Shown: positions 47,712 through 56,175 of the stretch, piece after piece
Numbering within the stretch: the first letter of the stretch is position 1
Layout of the letters: every line of letters begins with the position of its first letter
Virus record (IMG/VR): IMGVR_UViG_3300020176_000013
Span: 6,837-70,836 of that record
Origin: a virus
Strand: one strand, 5' to 3'
DNA length: 64,000 nt
Made by a program: the position numbers and the translations under genes
The notes under the pieces: model-generated
What the model was told of the DNA's origin: nothing
What the model saw: only the letters and a program-made list of their open reading frames with translations
Databases searched by the model: none

Positions 47712-49055
47712 ATGAGTAGAAGAACAGTAACAGATTTTTTTGATAAGGAGTATTTGGAATATGCCAAGTATGTTGTAGAGAATCGTGCAATTCCTAGTTG
47801 CATAGATGGTCTTAAACCTACCCAAAGAAAGGTTGTACATATTGCAAATAAGATTTGGAAAAGTGGAAAGGAAAAGCCTATGAAACTTTTTCAACTTGCA
47901 GGTCGTGTAGCAGCCGAAGCATACTATCATCATGGTAACACATCTTTGGAATCTGCTATGGTTGGTATGGCTCAAGGATTTAAGAACTCATTACCTCTCC
48001 TAGAAGGCATCGGTCAATTTGGATCATTAAGATCTCCTTCTGCTGGTGCACCTCGCTACATCAGTGGAAAACTTCATCCAAACTTTAGACTTCTCTATAA
48101 GGATTTTGAATTATTGGAAAACAAAATTGAAGAAGGCGAAAAAATTGAACCTGAGTTTTTCTTGCCTATTATCCCAACGGTAATTCTAAATGGATCTTCT
48201 GGTATTGCGGTAGGTTTTGCTACAAACATTCTTAACCGAAATCCTAAGGATGTGGTTAATGCATGCATCTCTACACTTAAAGGTAAAAAGATGCCATCAC
48301 TACCACCTTGGTTAAATGAGTTTTCCGGCACTTTTACTAGAGATACAGTTAATCCTAAAACCTGGAAAATAAGTGGTGTATATGAGGTGCTAAACACTAC
48401 AACAGTTAAGATAACTGAAATTCCTCCTGGATTTACTTATGAAAGATATGAAGAGCATTTAAATAACCTTACTGAAAAAAGAATCATTTCAGGTTATGAA
48501 GATAATTCATCAGGTAAAGTTGAGTATGTACTTAAGTTTCAACGGGCAGTATTAAAAGATTACATAAGCAGAAATAAATTAGAGGCACTCTTAAAGATAA
48601 ATACTCAAGAAACCGAAAACCTTACAACGATTGATGAAAACGGTGAACTTAAGATTTTCAATAAAGTAGAGGAAATCGTTAAACACTTCGTAGAAGTTAG
48701 GTTAACTTGGTATGATAAGAGAAAGGCATATTTACTTACTAAGATTGAAAAGGAACTCTTAATAATCAGTAATAAGGCTAGGTTCATTAAAGATATTATT
48801 GACGGTAAGCTTAAGGTAAATAATGTACCTAAGAAAACTATTGTACTTTATTTGGAAACTGCAAATTATGATGAAGTAGATGGATCATATAACTATCTTT
48901 TAAATATGCCTATCTATTCATTAACCAAAGAAAGATTTAATGAACTTCTAAAACAAGAAGCAGATAAGAAAAAGGAAAGGGAAGTTATTGAAGGCACCGA
49001 TCCTAAGGATATGTATCTCTCCGATTTAGAAGCATTAAAGAAAGCAATTAAGTAA
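47712..49055 (+). CDS. gp52: Type IIA topoisomerase, breakage-reunion subunit (gp52)
   Basis: RAIP..IDGLKPTQRK, YHHGNTS, GAPRYI (catalytic Tyr), GIAVGFAT. Confidence 0.93.
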   Translation: MSRRTVTDFFDKEYLEYAKYVVENRAIPSCIDGLKPTQRKVVHIANKIWKSGKEKPMKLFQLAGRVAAEAYYHHGNTSLESAMVGMAQGFKNSLPLLEGIGQFGSLRSPSAGAPRYISGKLHPNFRLLYKDFELLENKIEEGEKIEPEFFLPIIPTVILNGSSGIAVGFATNILNRNPKDVVNACISTLKGKKMPSLPPWLNEFSGTFTRDTVNPKTWKISGVYEVLNTTTVKITEIPPGFTYERYEEHLNNLTEKRIISGYEDNSSGKVEYVLKFQRAVLKDYISRNKLEALLKINTQETENLTTIDENGELKIFNKVEEIVKHFVEVRLTWYDKRKAYLLTKIEKELLIISNKARFIKDIIDGKLKVNNVPKKTIVLYLETANYDEVDGSYNYLLNMPIYSLTKERFNELLKQEADKKKEREVIEGTDPKDMYLSDLEALKKAIK

Positions 49056-49093
49056 ACCTTTTAACAAAAAGCAATATAAAAATAAACACTATT

Positions 49094-49255
49094 ATGGCTA
49101 AATTTAGTTTTGAAACAAAGATGGGTGTAAAGTTATCCACATGTACTTCTGATTCTATAGAAAATGCATGGGAATGGTTAGCTAAAACTAAACAGCTTCC
49201 TTTAGATCAAGTAAAAGAATTGTATAACATAAAAAAGATAAATAATGATGATTGA
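49094..49255 (+). CDS. Small hypothetical protein (53 aa, not in the ORF track)
   Basis: MAKFSFETKMGVKLSTC...AKTKQLPLDQVKELY; downstream of a middle-type promoter. Confidence 0.6.
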   Translation: MAKFSFETKMGVKLSTCTSDSIENAWEWLAKTKQLPLDQVKELYNIKKINNDD

Positions 49256-49472
49256 ACAAAACACAAAAGTTGACTCCTCGATGATTAACAGAGTCATGTA
49301 CAATTTTCCAAACAAGACTCTTAAGGTTGAATTTAACTCAGGTGCTCTATATGAATATAATAATGTAGAACCTGATGTATATGACCAACTCTGTAAAGCA
49401 GAGTCTCAAGGAAAATTCTTTAACGAGCAAATTAAACATAACTACGAACATACACAACTCTTAATTAACTAA
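49245..49472 (+). CDS. KTSC domain protein
   Basis: VDSSMI..V.Y....LKVEFNSG.LYEY..V....Y..L..AESQGKFFN..IK. Confidence 0.88.
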   Translation: MMIEQNTKVDSSMINRVMYNFPNKTLKVEFNSGALYEYNNVEPDVYDQLCKAESQGKFFNEQIKHNYEHTQLLIN

Positions 49473-49476
49473 ATTT

Positions 49477-49719
49477 ATGGCAACAACAGCAAACGTAATG
49501 TATGATGCACTCAAAGCCCAATTTGAGGCACAGAAACAAAAAGCAATCGCAACCTTAACGGTATATCTTTCTAGCCCGGTTGGAATTGGGGAACATCCAC
49601 AAATAATTGATGAGATGGAGAAATTAACTAGAAACATTGCAGATGCCGAAGGCTGTCTAGAAATTCTTGCAAAAACTTTTGAAGTGAAAGGGGAAAATGG
49701 CAATGTGGACGCAGAGTAA
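49477..49719 (+). CDS. Conserved phage hypothetical protein
   Basis: VYLSSPVGIGEHP motif. Confidence 0.7.
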   Translation: MATTANVMYDALKAQFEAQKQKAIATLTVYLSSPVGIGEHPQIIDEMEKLTRNIADAEGCLEILAKTFEVKGENGNVDAE

Positions 49720-49763
49720 TAGTTGGTCAGACGATTTAATCATTAATTACATTTACATAGAGA

Positions 49764-50243
49764 ATGAATAAAGTAATTTTAGTTGGCAAGGCAGCTGCAG
49801 GTAAAGATCATATGAGAAAGATTTTATGTGGTCGTGGTTTTGAGTATGGTATATCTTATACTACAAGACCTCCTAGAGAAGGTGAAATTGATGGCAAAGA
49901 TTACTTCTTTCTTAGCGAAGTTGAATTTAAGAAAAAGATTAAGGATGATTATTGGTATGAATGGATAGAATTCAACGGTTGGTATTATGGTACAAGCCAT
50001 AGACAGTTTACGCATTCATGTAACCTATTCATAATGACACCTAAAGGTATAAGTCATATTGATCCAGTGGACCGTAAAGAATGTACTATCATATATCTTA
50101 ACATTCCTCAAGAAGTTCGAAGAAAGCGATTAGAAGAAAGGGCTATGCCAGGCGATTCAATAGACCGTAGAATGAAAGCAGATAAAATTGACTTTAAAGA
50201 TTTTACTGACTTTGATATTGAAATAAACAATTCCAACTTTTAA
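49764..50243 (+). CDS. gmk: Guanylate kinase-like NMP kinase
   Basis: GKAAAGKD, SYTTRPPREGEIDGKDYFF, WYYGT. Confidence 0.85.
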   Translation: MNKVILVGKAAAGKDHMRKILCGRGFEYGISYTTRPPREGEIDGKDYFFLSEVEFKKKIKDDYWYEWIEFNGWYYGTSHRQFTHSCNLFIMTPKGISHIDPVDRKECTIIYLNIPQEVRRKRLEERAMPGDSIDRRMKADKIDFKDFTDFDIEINNSNF

Positions 50244-50257
50244 CATATAAAAATAAA

Positions 50258-50851
50258 ATGAGTAAATTCATTATTATTGAGGGTACTGATAACACAGGTA
50301 AAGACACTCAACAAAATCTTATCATTGAAAAATTACATAACTTAGTTTTTCATAAACTTCATTACTCTTCATTACCATTTAAAGATAATGTAGAAAAACA
50401 TGTTAAGTATTCAACTAAAATGTATGATGACATGTTTAAAATGATGATGAATAATAAAGAAGATGGTATTAATATGATTTTTAACCGATCTCATTTAGGT
50501 GAATCGGTTTATTCTCCGCTTTACAGAAATTACTCAGGTGATTACATATTTGATATTGAAAAGAAATATGTAGATAAGTTAAGAAAGGAATTATATCTTA
50601 TTACATTAACAAATGATCCACATACAATCTTAAAGAGAGATGATGGTAAATCATTCTATGGTAATGAAGAAGAGGTTAAGGCTGAAATTGACGGTTTTAA
50701 CCGAGCTCATAGGTTAAGTAGGATTAAGAATAAATTGCTTATCAACATTGGTACAATGAGTGCTGATGAGGTTTCTCATATCATTGTAGATTTTCTTATG
50801 CATGAAAACTCTGTTATGGGTACTGCTGAACAACTAAATTTATTTGCATAA
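50258..50851 (+). CDS. Thymidylate-kinase-like dNMP kinase
   Basis: IIIEGTDNTGKDT, FNRSHLGESVYSPLYR. Confidence 0.75.
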   Translation: MSKFIIIEGTDNTGKDTQQNLIIEKLHNLVFHKLHYSSLPFKDNVEKHVKYSTKMYDDMFKMMMNNKEDGINMIFNRSHLGESVYSPLYRNYSGDYIFDIEKKYVDKLRKELYLITLTNDPHTILKRDDGKSFYGNEEEVKAEIDGFNRAHRLSRIKNKLLINIGTMSADEVSHIIVDFLMHENSVMGTAEQLNLFA

Positions 50852-51036
50852 TGGGACACTATGAAGACTTTTTCTGGGAAATAACCGAGGAATTAAAACG
50901 GTTAGGATTAAAGAAGGAGTTTGAACAAGAGATAAGAAAGATTCAATCCAATGATGAATTTAAGTATAAATCCATAAAAGAAAGATGGGAGTATGCTTTA
51001 AACAAAGTTAAACAATTACATAAAATTAATAAATGA
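50851..51036 (+). CDS. Hypothetical protein
   Basis: 61-aa ORF coupled to both neighbours. Confidence 0.6.
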   Translation: MGHYEDFFWEITEELKRLGLKKEFEQEIRKIQSNDEFKYKSIKERWEYALNKVKQLHKINK

Positions 51037-51941
51037 GAATATTTAAAGGAGAGACGTTTGCTGAGGCGTATCATTCAGCATTAAGTAGTGTTATCTATAA
51101 TCCTAATTACGTATCCTCACCAAGAGGTATGAAGATATTTGAAATGTCAGATGCTGCAATTGTAGTAGAAGATCCTTCATATTGTCTTTATGAAAATGAT
51201 CGTAGGAGTAGTCAATTTAAATACATCGCAGCAGAATTGGTTTGGTATTTCACAGGTCGTAATGATGCTGACTTTATTACTCCTTATGCAAAATTCTGGG
51301 ATCAAATTAAAAATAAAGATGGTTCAGTTAATTCTGCATACGGAAATCTTATCTTTACTGAAGAGTTAGAAGATGGCAGAAATCAATATCGTTGGGCATT
51401 AGATTCTTTAATCCAAGATAAAGACTCAAGACAGGCAATTTTACATTTTAATAAACCATCACATCAATGGAACGGTAATAAAGATTTTGTTTGTACTCTT
51501 AACGGTATATTCCAAATAAGAGATAATAAACTTAACTTTACTGTAGATATGAGATCTAATGATCTTGTCTTAGGTACTCCTACTGATGTTGCATTCTTTT
51601 GTTTGTTACAAATGCAAATGCTAGAGCATCTACGAAAGTATTATCCTGAGTTAGAGTTAGGTACATATACTCATATTGCCCATTCGCTTCACTTATATGA
51701 AAGACACTTTGATCTTGTAAGCGAAATGTTAATGAAATCATTTAATCCTCAGTCATATCCAGAAATGAGAGAGTTTTTAATTGATCCTAACGGTAAGCCA
51801 TTAGATGGTCTGAAACAATTAGAAGATGAAATGATTCAAAGCAATGATGTAGTGCTCCAAGGTGATTCTAAATTTGAACCTCAACCACATGATGATCTTT
51901 TACACCAATGGATATCTGATGCAATCTTTAGGAATATATAA
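51033..51941 (+). CDS. Thymidylate synthase family enzyme, dCMP hydroxymethylase (gp42)-type
   Basis: VNSAYG, SRQA, KDFVCT, MRSNDLVLGTPTD (Asp at the specificity position), SLHLYERH. Confidence 0.8.
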   Translation: MRIFKGETFAEAYHSALSSVIYNPNYVSSPRGMKIFEMSDAAIVVEDPSYCLYENDRRSSQFKYIAAELVWYFTGRNDADFITPYAKFWDQIKNKDGSVNSAYGNLIFTEELEDGRNQYRWALDSLIQDKDSRQAILHFNKPSHQWNGNKDFVCTLNGIFQIRDNKLNFTVDMRSNDLVLGTPTDVAFFCLLQMQMLEHLRKYYPELELGTYTHIAHSLHLYERHFDLVSEMLMKSFNPQSYPEMREFLIDPNGKPLDGLKQLEDEMIQSNDVVLQGDSKFEPQPHDDLLHQWISDAIFRNI

Positions 51942-51958
51942 ACAAATTAAATTTTGTT

Positions 51959-52897
51959 TTGAAGTATTTAAAATTATTTGAAAATTTTAAAGACGGAGAT
52001 GGTCTTAAAAAAGTTTACTTAGCCCTTAGAGAAGATAGTGGGCAAAGATGGTGGACTTATAAAGGTTTTGCTGGTGATAAGTTCTTCATTCAGATCCATG
52101 AAAATAACATAGATGATATTGATATTAATCCTGACTATCCTGTACTAACTTATCATACTGATACTGTTAAAAAGTTACTGGATTCAGGAAAGATAAAAGA
52201 AGAGAATATCTATAATCACCCAGATCATATTTCAAAATCTGGATCTAAGGAAGAATTTCATAAGCTTGTAGGAGAGGATGAGAATATACCTAAGACGGTT
52301 TATTCTAAAAATGATGCTTTAGAAAATTTAGAATTTCCTATTATTGCAAAACCGTCAAAAGGGCACAGCGGAATAGGTATTCAAATTATTGATAAGCCAG
52401 ATTTAATGGAAGATGTGGATGAAAAAATCTTTGATACATTTTCTGAATATATTGATAAAGAAGAAGAACATAGATTTATTAATTTTAAAGGAAAACCAAT
52501 TTTCTGGATGGAACGTACTCCGCTTAATGAAAAAGCAAAAAGCGGTAAAGGCGAAGCCAAAGAAGAAATGGAATTTGGTTATGCTAAAAGAAACTTAAAA
52601 GATTTACCTAAAGACTATAAAAATGTTTTGGAAAAGTTTTGTAAGATCTATGAAGATTTGCCTTATATGTGTTTTGATATGATGAAAGGCAAAAACGGTA
52701 AAGTATATGTTATTGAATCAAATGCTCAACCTGGTGTTCCATTCGATTCAACTATTGAGGCTTACAAACATATATATGAAGATTTTTATAAAAAGCCTTT
52801 AGATAAAGACAGTCTAACTAAACTTGATGAATATGCAAAAACTATGGTTGAAAAAACCCTTAAGAAAGACGGAGGTAAAAGATTTTCAATTAAATAG
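51959..52897 (+). CDS. ATP-grasp (RimK-like) ligase
   Basis: IPKT, FPIIAKPSKGHSGIGI, FSEYI..EHR, CFDMM, VIESNAQPG; TTG start. Confidence 0.8.
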   Translation: MKYLKLFENFKDGDGLKKVYLALREDSGQRWWTYKGFAGDKFFIQIHENNIDDIDINPDYPVLTYHTDTVKKLLDSGKIKEENIYNHPDHISKSGSKEEFHKLVGEDENIPKTVYSKNDALENLEFPIIAKPSKGHSGIGIQIIDKPDLMEDVDEKIFDTFSEYIDKEEEHRFINFKGKPIFWMERTPLNEKAKSGKGEAKEEMEFGYAKRNLKDLPKDYKNVLEKFCKIYEDLPYMCFDMMKGKNGKVYVIESNAQPGVPFDSTIEAYKHIYEDFYKKPLDKDSLTKLDEYAKTMVEKTLKKDGGKRFSIK

Positions 52898-52922
52898 AAA
52901 AAGGTTCATTAATAATTTTCAG

Positions 52923-52947
52923 TTCCCAATTTTTTGTATTATATTTG
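52923..52947 (+). promoter_or_regulatory. Putative early promoter with a Bacteroidota -7 element
   Basis: TATATTTG (TAnnTTTG) at 52940-52947, preceded by TTCCCAA as at 43011. Confidence 0.6.
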
Positions 52948-52980
52948 TACTGTAACAGTCAAATCTGTAACTAATTTTTT

Positions 52981-53523
52981 ATGCTTAAAGATTTAGAAAC
53001 TCCAAAAGATTTTTTTATAACATCCGATACGTGGTTTGGAAGACCACAGATTTTACAAATAGCTAATCGTTTATCATTTAAAGATATAGATGATATGAAT
53101 GATAAGTTAATAAAGAATTGGAATAAGACAGTTAAAAAGAATGATCTTGTATTTCATTTAGGAAATTTTGCATGGGATCCCAATACTGCTAGAAATGTTT
53201 TAGAAAAATTAAATGGACAAATTTATTTTATCCTAGGTAATACTGATGATGCTATTTTAGATGTTCATCTTGAGTTTAAAAATGTATCATTACTTGAAGA
53301 TCAGATCTTAGAATTACCTCAATACGATTCAATCATTTGCCATTACCCATTAGAGGTTTGGAATGGTAAAGATTCAGGGACTATTCATTTTCATGGTCAT
53401 ACTGTGTTTTCTCATAAGACAGATTTAACCAAAATGAATAGGGTAAATGTATGTACAGATTTTTGGAACTACACCCCTGTTAAATATTCAACTATTAAAG
53501 ATTTTATAAATGACAAAAACTAA
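52981..53523 (+). CDS. Calcineurin-like metallophosphoesterase fold with degenerate metal ligands
   Basis: SDTWFG, HLGNF, LGNTD, CHYP, HGHTV versus canonical SDxHFGH, HLGDF, GNHD, HYP, HGHxH. Confidence 0.8.
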   Translation: MLKDLETPKDFFITSDTWFGRPQILQIANRLSFKDIDDMNDKLIKNWNKTVKKNDLVFHLGNFAWDPNTARNVLEKLNGQIYFILGNTDDAILDVHLEFKNVSLLEDQILELPQYDSIICHYPLEVWNGKDSGTIHFHGHTVFSHKTDLTKMNRVNVCTDFWNYTPVKYSTIKDFINDKN

Positions 53524-54142
53524 AAAGACCTACAAAGAATTGGCAATTGAATTTAAGAACACAAAATCAGAAAAATCTTACAATGAACTTTATAAGAAGA
53601 TGAGACCAGGTTTATGGTCTTATGTTAATAATATCGTAAAAGATCCTACTATTGCTGACGATATAGTTTCTACTACATTAACTACAGTTTATCTTAAAAT
53701 TGACCAATACAATGAAGATTATCAAATCACTACGTGGGCATATCGTATTGCCTATAATGAATGTATCGGTTGGATAAGATTTAGAAATAAAAAGGTAAGT
53801 ATGAATGTATTTACCGATGCAGGTGTGGAGCCTCCTATGAATGAGTCATTTACAACAATTGATGGAATTTTACCTAAAACAGAAAATGACTGGGAAGAAG
53901 AAGACAATTTATTAGATGAGAAAGTTCGTTTAACATATGAAGCAATAAATGCATTGCCTCCAATGTATAAGAGATATATGGTTGAAAGATTTCTTAATCA
54001 TAAATCTTATTCTGATATTTTAGAAATAATGTTAGAGTTTGAAAAAGACATAAATCTTCAAACTGTAAAGAACAGAATATTCAGAGGAAGAAAAATAGTT
54101 AAAAAACAGCTCGAAGGGATGAAACTATTTTCTGAAATCTAA
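53510..54142 (+). CDS. Sigma-70 ECF-type sigma factor
   Basis: Region 2 (ADDIVS...KIDQY....ITTWAYRIAYN) and region 4 (LPP.YK...SYSDI...TVKNRIFRGRK). Confidence 0.87.
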   Translation: MTKTKKTYKELAIEFKNTKSEKSYNELYKKMRPGLWSYVNNIVKDPTIADDIVSTTLTTVYLKIDQYNEDYQITTWAYRIAYNECIGWIRFRNKKVSMNVFTDAGVEPPMNESFTTIDGILPKTENDWEEEDNLLDEKVRLTYEAINALPPMYKRYMVERFLNHKSYSDILEIMLEFEKDINLQTVKNRIFRGRKIVKKQLEGMKLFSEI

Positions 54143-54163
54143 ATAGATAACAAACAAATAATT

Positions 54164-54616
54164 ATGTACGCAAAAAAACTATTTAAAGAACTTAACATCT
54201 GGCGAAAAATAAGAAGCATTGCTAAATCTGAGGAAAATGCATTAAATGAAAAAGGCTTTAGGGTGGATTGGATAGGTAGAATTTATACCGTAATTAATCT
54301 ACCAGAAGAAGTTGCAACTGCACCAATTTCGCAAGAAGGTTATGTTTTAATGGAATTAAGAAAACATGATCAATTTTTATTGCAATTAGGTATAGCTGAT
54401 TATGTATCACCTGAATTTAGTAGAATTGATGGAACTGACTCATTCTTATTAGTATTATCACCAGACCGAGAATACTTTAGGTTGTGGCCATTGATTAAAT
54501 CTCTACTTAGAACTGGCGGTATTATTTTAGCTATAAGACTTATGTATGTAATTTTTGAACATAACCAAGAAAAAATCACTGAACTATGGAACAAACTGAT
54601 GACTCTAGTATTTTAA
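54164..54616 (+). CDS. Hypothetical protein with a C-terminal hydrophobic segment
   Basis: RVDWIGRIYTVINLP motif. Confidence 0.6.
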   Translation: MYAKKLFKELNIWRKIRSIAKSEENALNEKGFRVDWIGRIYTVINLPEEVATAPISQEGYVLMELRKHDQFLLQLGIADYVSPEFSRIDGTDSFLLVLSPDREYFRLWPLIKSLLRTGGIILAIRLMYVIFEHNQEKITELWNKLMTLVF

Positions 54617-54819
54617 GATCAAAAGTTGATAAAATAGAAAACCAAGTAAGAGATCTTGAAAAAGAAAAAATTGAAATCCAAAACGACTGTAAACATAAAG
54701 AAGAAACTTTTGTACAGTTTGATAAAAATAATTCTATGAAAAAATACTGCTCGGTATGTAAGCAAGAGTTGGGCTATCCATCTAAAGAAGAGCAGAATAA
54801 TTTCTTAGGTAATACATAA
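54586..54819 (+). CDS. Small coiled-coil/zinc-finger protein
   Basis: CKH...CSVC. Confidence 0.55.
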   Translation: MEQTDDSSILRSKVDKIENQVRDLEKEKIEIQNDCKHKEETFVQFDKNNSMKKYCSVCKQELGYPSKEEQNNFLGNT

Positions 54820-54823
54820 AAAC

Positions 54824-55573
54824 ATGGCAACATCTGAATCTCTAGCAACCACAGAAACAATAAACGGTAAAAGATACTACAATGTAGGTGAAGGCAAAAA
54901 ATATCCTTCAGTAACAACTATCTTAGGCGCCATGACTGATAAGTCTGGTTTAGATAAATGGAGAAAAAGAGTAGGTGAGGAAGAAGCTGATCGCATTTCA
55001 AAGTTTTCTGCTAATCGTGGAACTGTAATGCATCAGCTTAATGAATACTTTTTAGGTTCAACTAAAGAGACTGTTAGGGAAAGACTATTAGAGGCCCAAC
55101 AACTTATCATACCTTTTGCCGAAGAGAATGGGTTTACTGAGGAAGAGGTAACGGTAGGTAGAAAACTGTTCTTTAATTTCTATAACAATAATTGTTTCGG
55201 TCGTATTGCTAAGGTTGTATCTATAGAAGACACTCTATACTCACCTGTAATGGGAGGGTATGCAGGTAGAGTAGATATTATTTATGAGAATGATAAAGCA
55301 CATCTAATCGTCTTAGATTTTAAGTCATCTAAGAAGCCTAAGAAAGAAGAATGGATCGAAAACTACAAAATGCAAATTGCTGCATATTCATTAGCCTATT
55401 GGGAAATGAATGGTGTTAAGCCAAGCGGTGGAGAAATATGGATAAGTAATGAAACTGATGCATTTCCACAAATCTTTGAAATGACATTCGAAGACATCAC
55501 ATTTTACGGAAAGAAGTTTCTTAATCTTGTAAAAGACTTTCATGAAAAGTATCCATTAACCGAGAATATATAA
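54824..55573 (+). CDS. PD-(D/E)XK exonuclease (RecB/Cas4-like)
   Basis: YPSVTTIL, WRKRVG, RGTVMH, AGRVD, DFKSS, QIAAY. Confidence 0.87.
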   Translation: MATSESLATTETINGKRYYNVGEGKKYPSVTTILGAMTDKSGLDKWRKRVGEEEADRISKFSANRGTVMHQLNEYFLGSTKETVRERLLEAQQLIIPFAEENGFTEEEVTVGRKLFFNFYNNNCFGRIAKVVSIEDTLYSPVMGGYAGRVDIIYENDKAHLIVLDFKSSKKPKKEEWIENYKMQIAAYSLAYWEMNGVKPSGGEIWISNETDAFPQIFEMTFEDITFYGKKFLNLVKDFHEKYPLTENI

Positions 55574-55591
55574 AAAAACAAAAGAATTCTT

Positions 55592-55879
55592 ATGCCTATT
55601 AAATCGTTTAAAGATTTTGTTTCAGAAGGTCTTGATCATGTTAGACATAAAAAGGTAAAGCATATTGAGGATCATGATCCTAATGAAGGTATGGATAAAG
55701 ATACCGAAAAAAAGGCTGAAGAATATTTAGATAGTGAAAAAGATAATTGCCCTAGGTGCGGTGAACATGTAGAAGATTGTATTTGTGAAGAGGATGATCC
55801 ATGGTCAACTCAAAATTATCACAGAGTACCTAAAGGCGAAGAACATAAAGCAAAACCAAAACAAGAATTTAAAAAATAA
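55592..55879 (+). CDS. Small probable internal virion protein with a Cys cluster
   Basis: IKSFKDFVSE N-terminus; CPRC...CIC; late motif upstream. Confidence 0.55.
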   Translation: MPIKSFKDFVSEGLDHVRHKKVKHIEDHDPNEGMDKDTEKKAEEYLDSEKDNCPRCGEHVEDCICEEDDPWSTQNYHRVPKGEEHKAKPKQEFKK

Positions 55880-55883
55880 TATC

Positions 55884-56171
55884 ATGAACAAATTCAACAA
55901 ATTTTTTGTAGACCACGGTATGAAAATACTTATCGTCTTATTGATACTTAGCTACTTCAAATCATGTAGCATTGATTCCGAACTTGAAAGAATCAAAAAA
56001 GATCAAAGAATTTTAACAACCGAGATTGATACTCTTTCGTCTCAGATTGTAAACGAGGAGGAAATGATTTTCTTAATCAAAACAGTTCCTGCTTGGAAAA
56101 CTCTAAGAATTGAAGAAATCTCCGATAAGGAAAGAATTTCTATTAATGCATTAGAGGAAAAAGAAGACTAA
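55884..56171 (+). CDS. Membrane-anchored/lipoprotein-like protein (spanin candidate)
   Basis: Hydrophobic helix ending FKSC, then a coiled coil; ATG at 55884 preferred. Confidence 0.5.
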   Translation: MNKFNKFFVDHGMKILIVLLILSYFKSCSIDSELERIKKDQRILTTEIDTLSSQIVNEEEMIFLIKTVPAWKTLRIEEISDKERISINALEEKED

Positions 56172-56175
56172 ATGA

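Noticed and set aside
54824-55573. Cas4-like nuclease as part of a CRISPR-Cas locus
   Set aside because: No other cas genes or array and no Fe-S cysteine cluster; this is a common stand-alone phage exonuclease.
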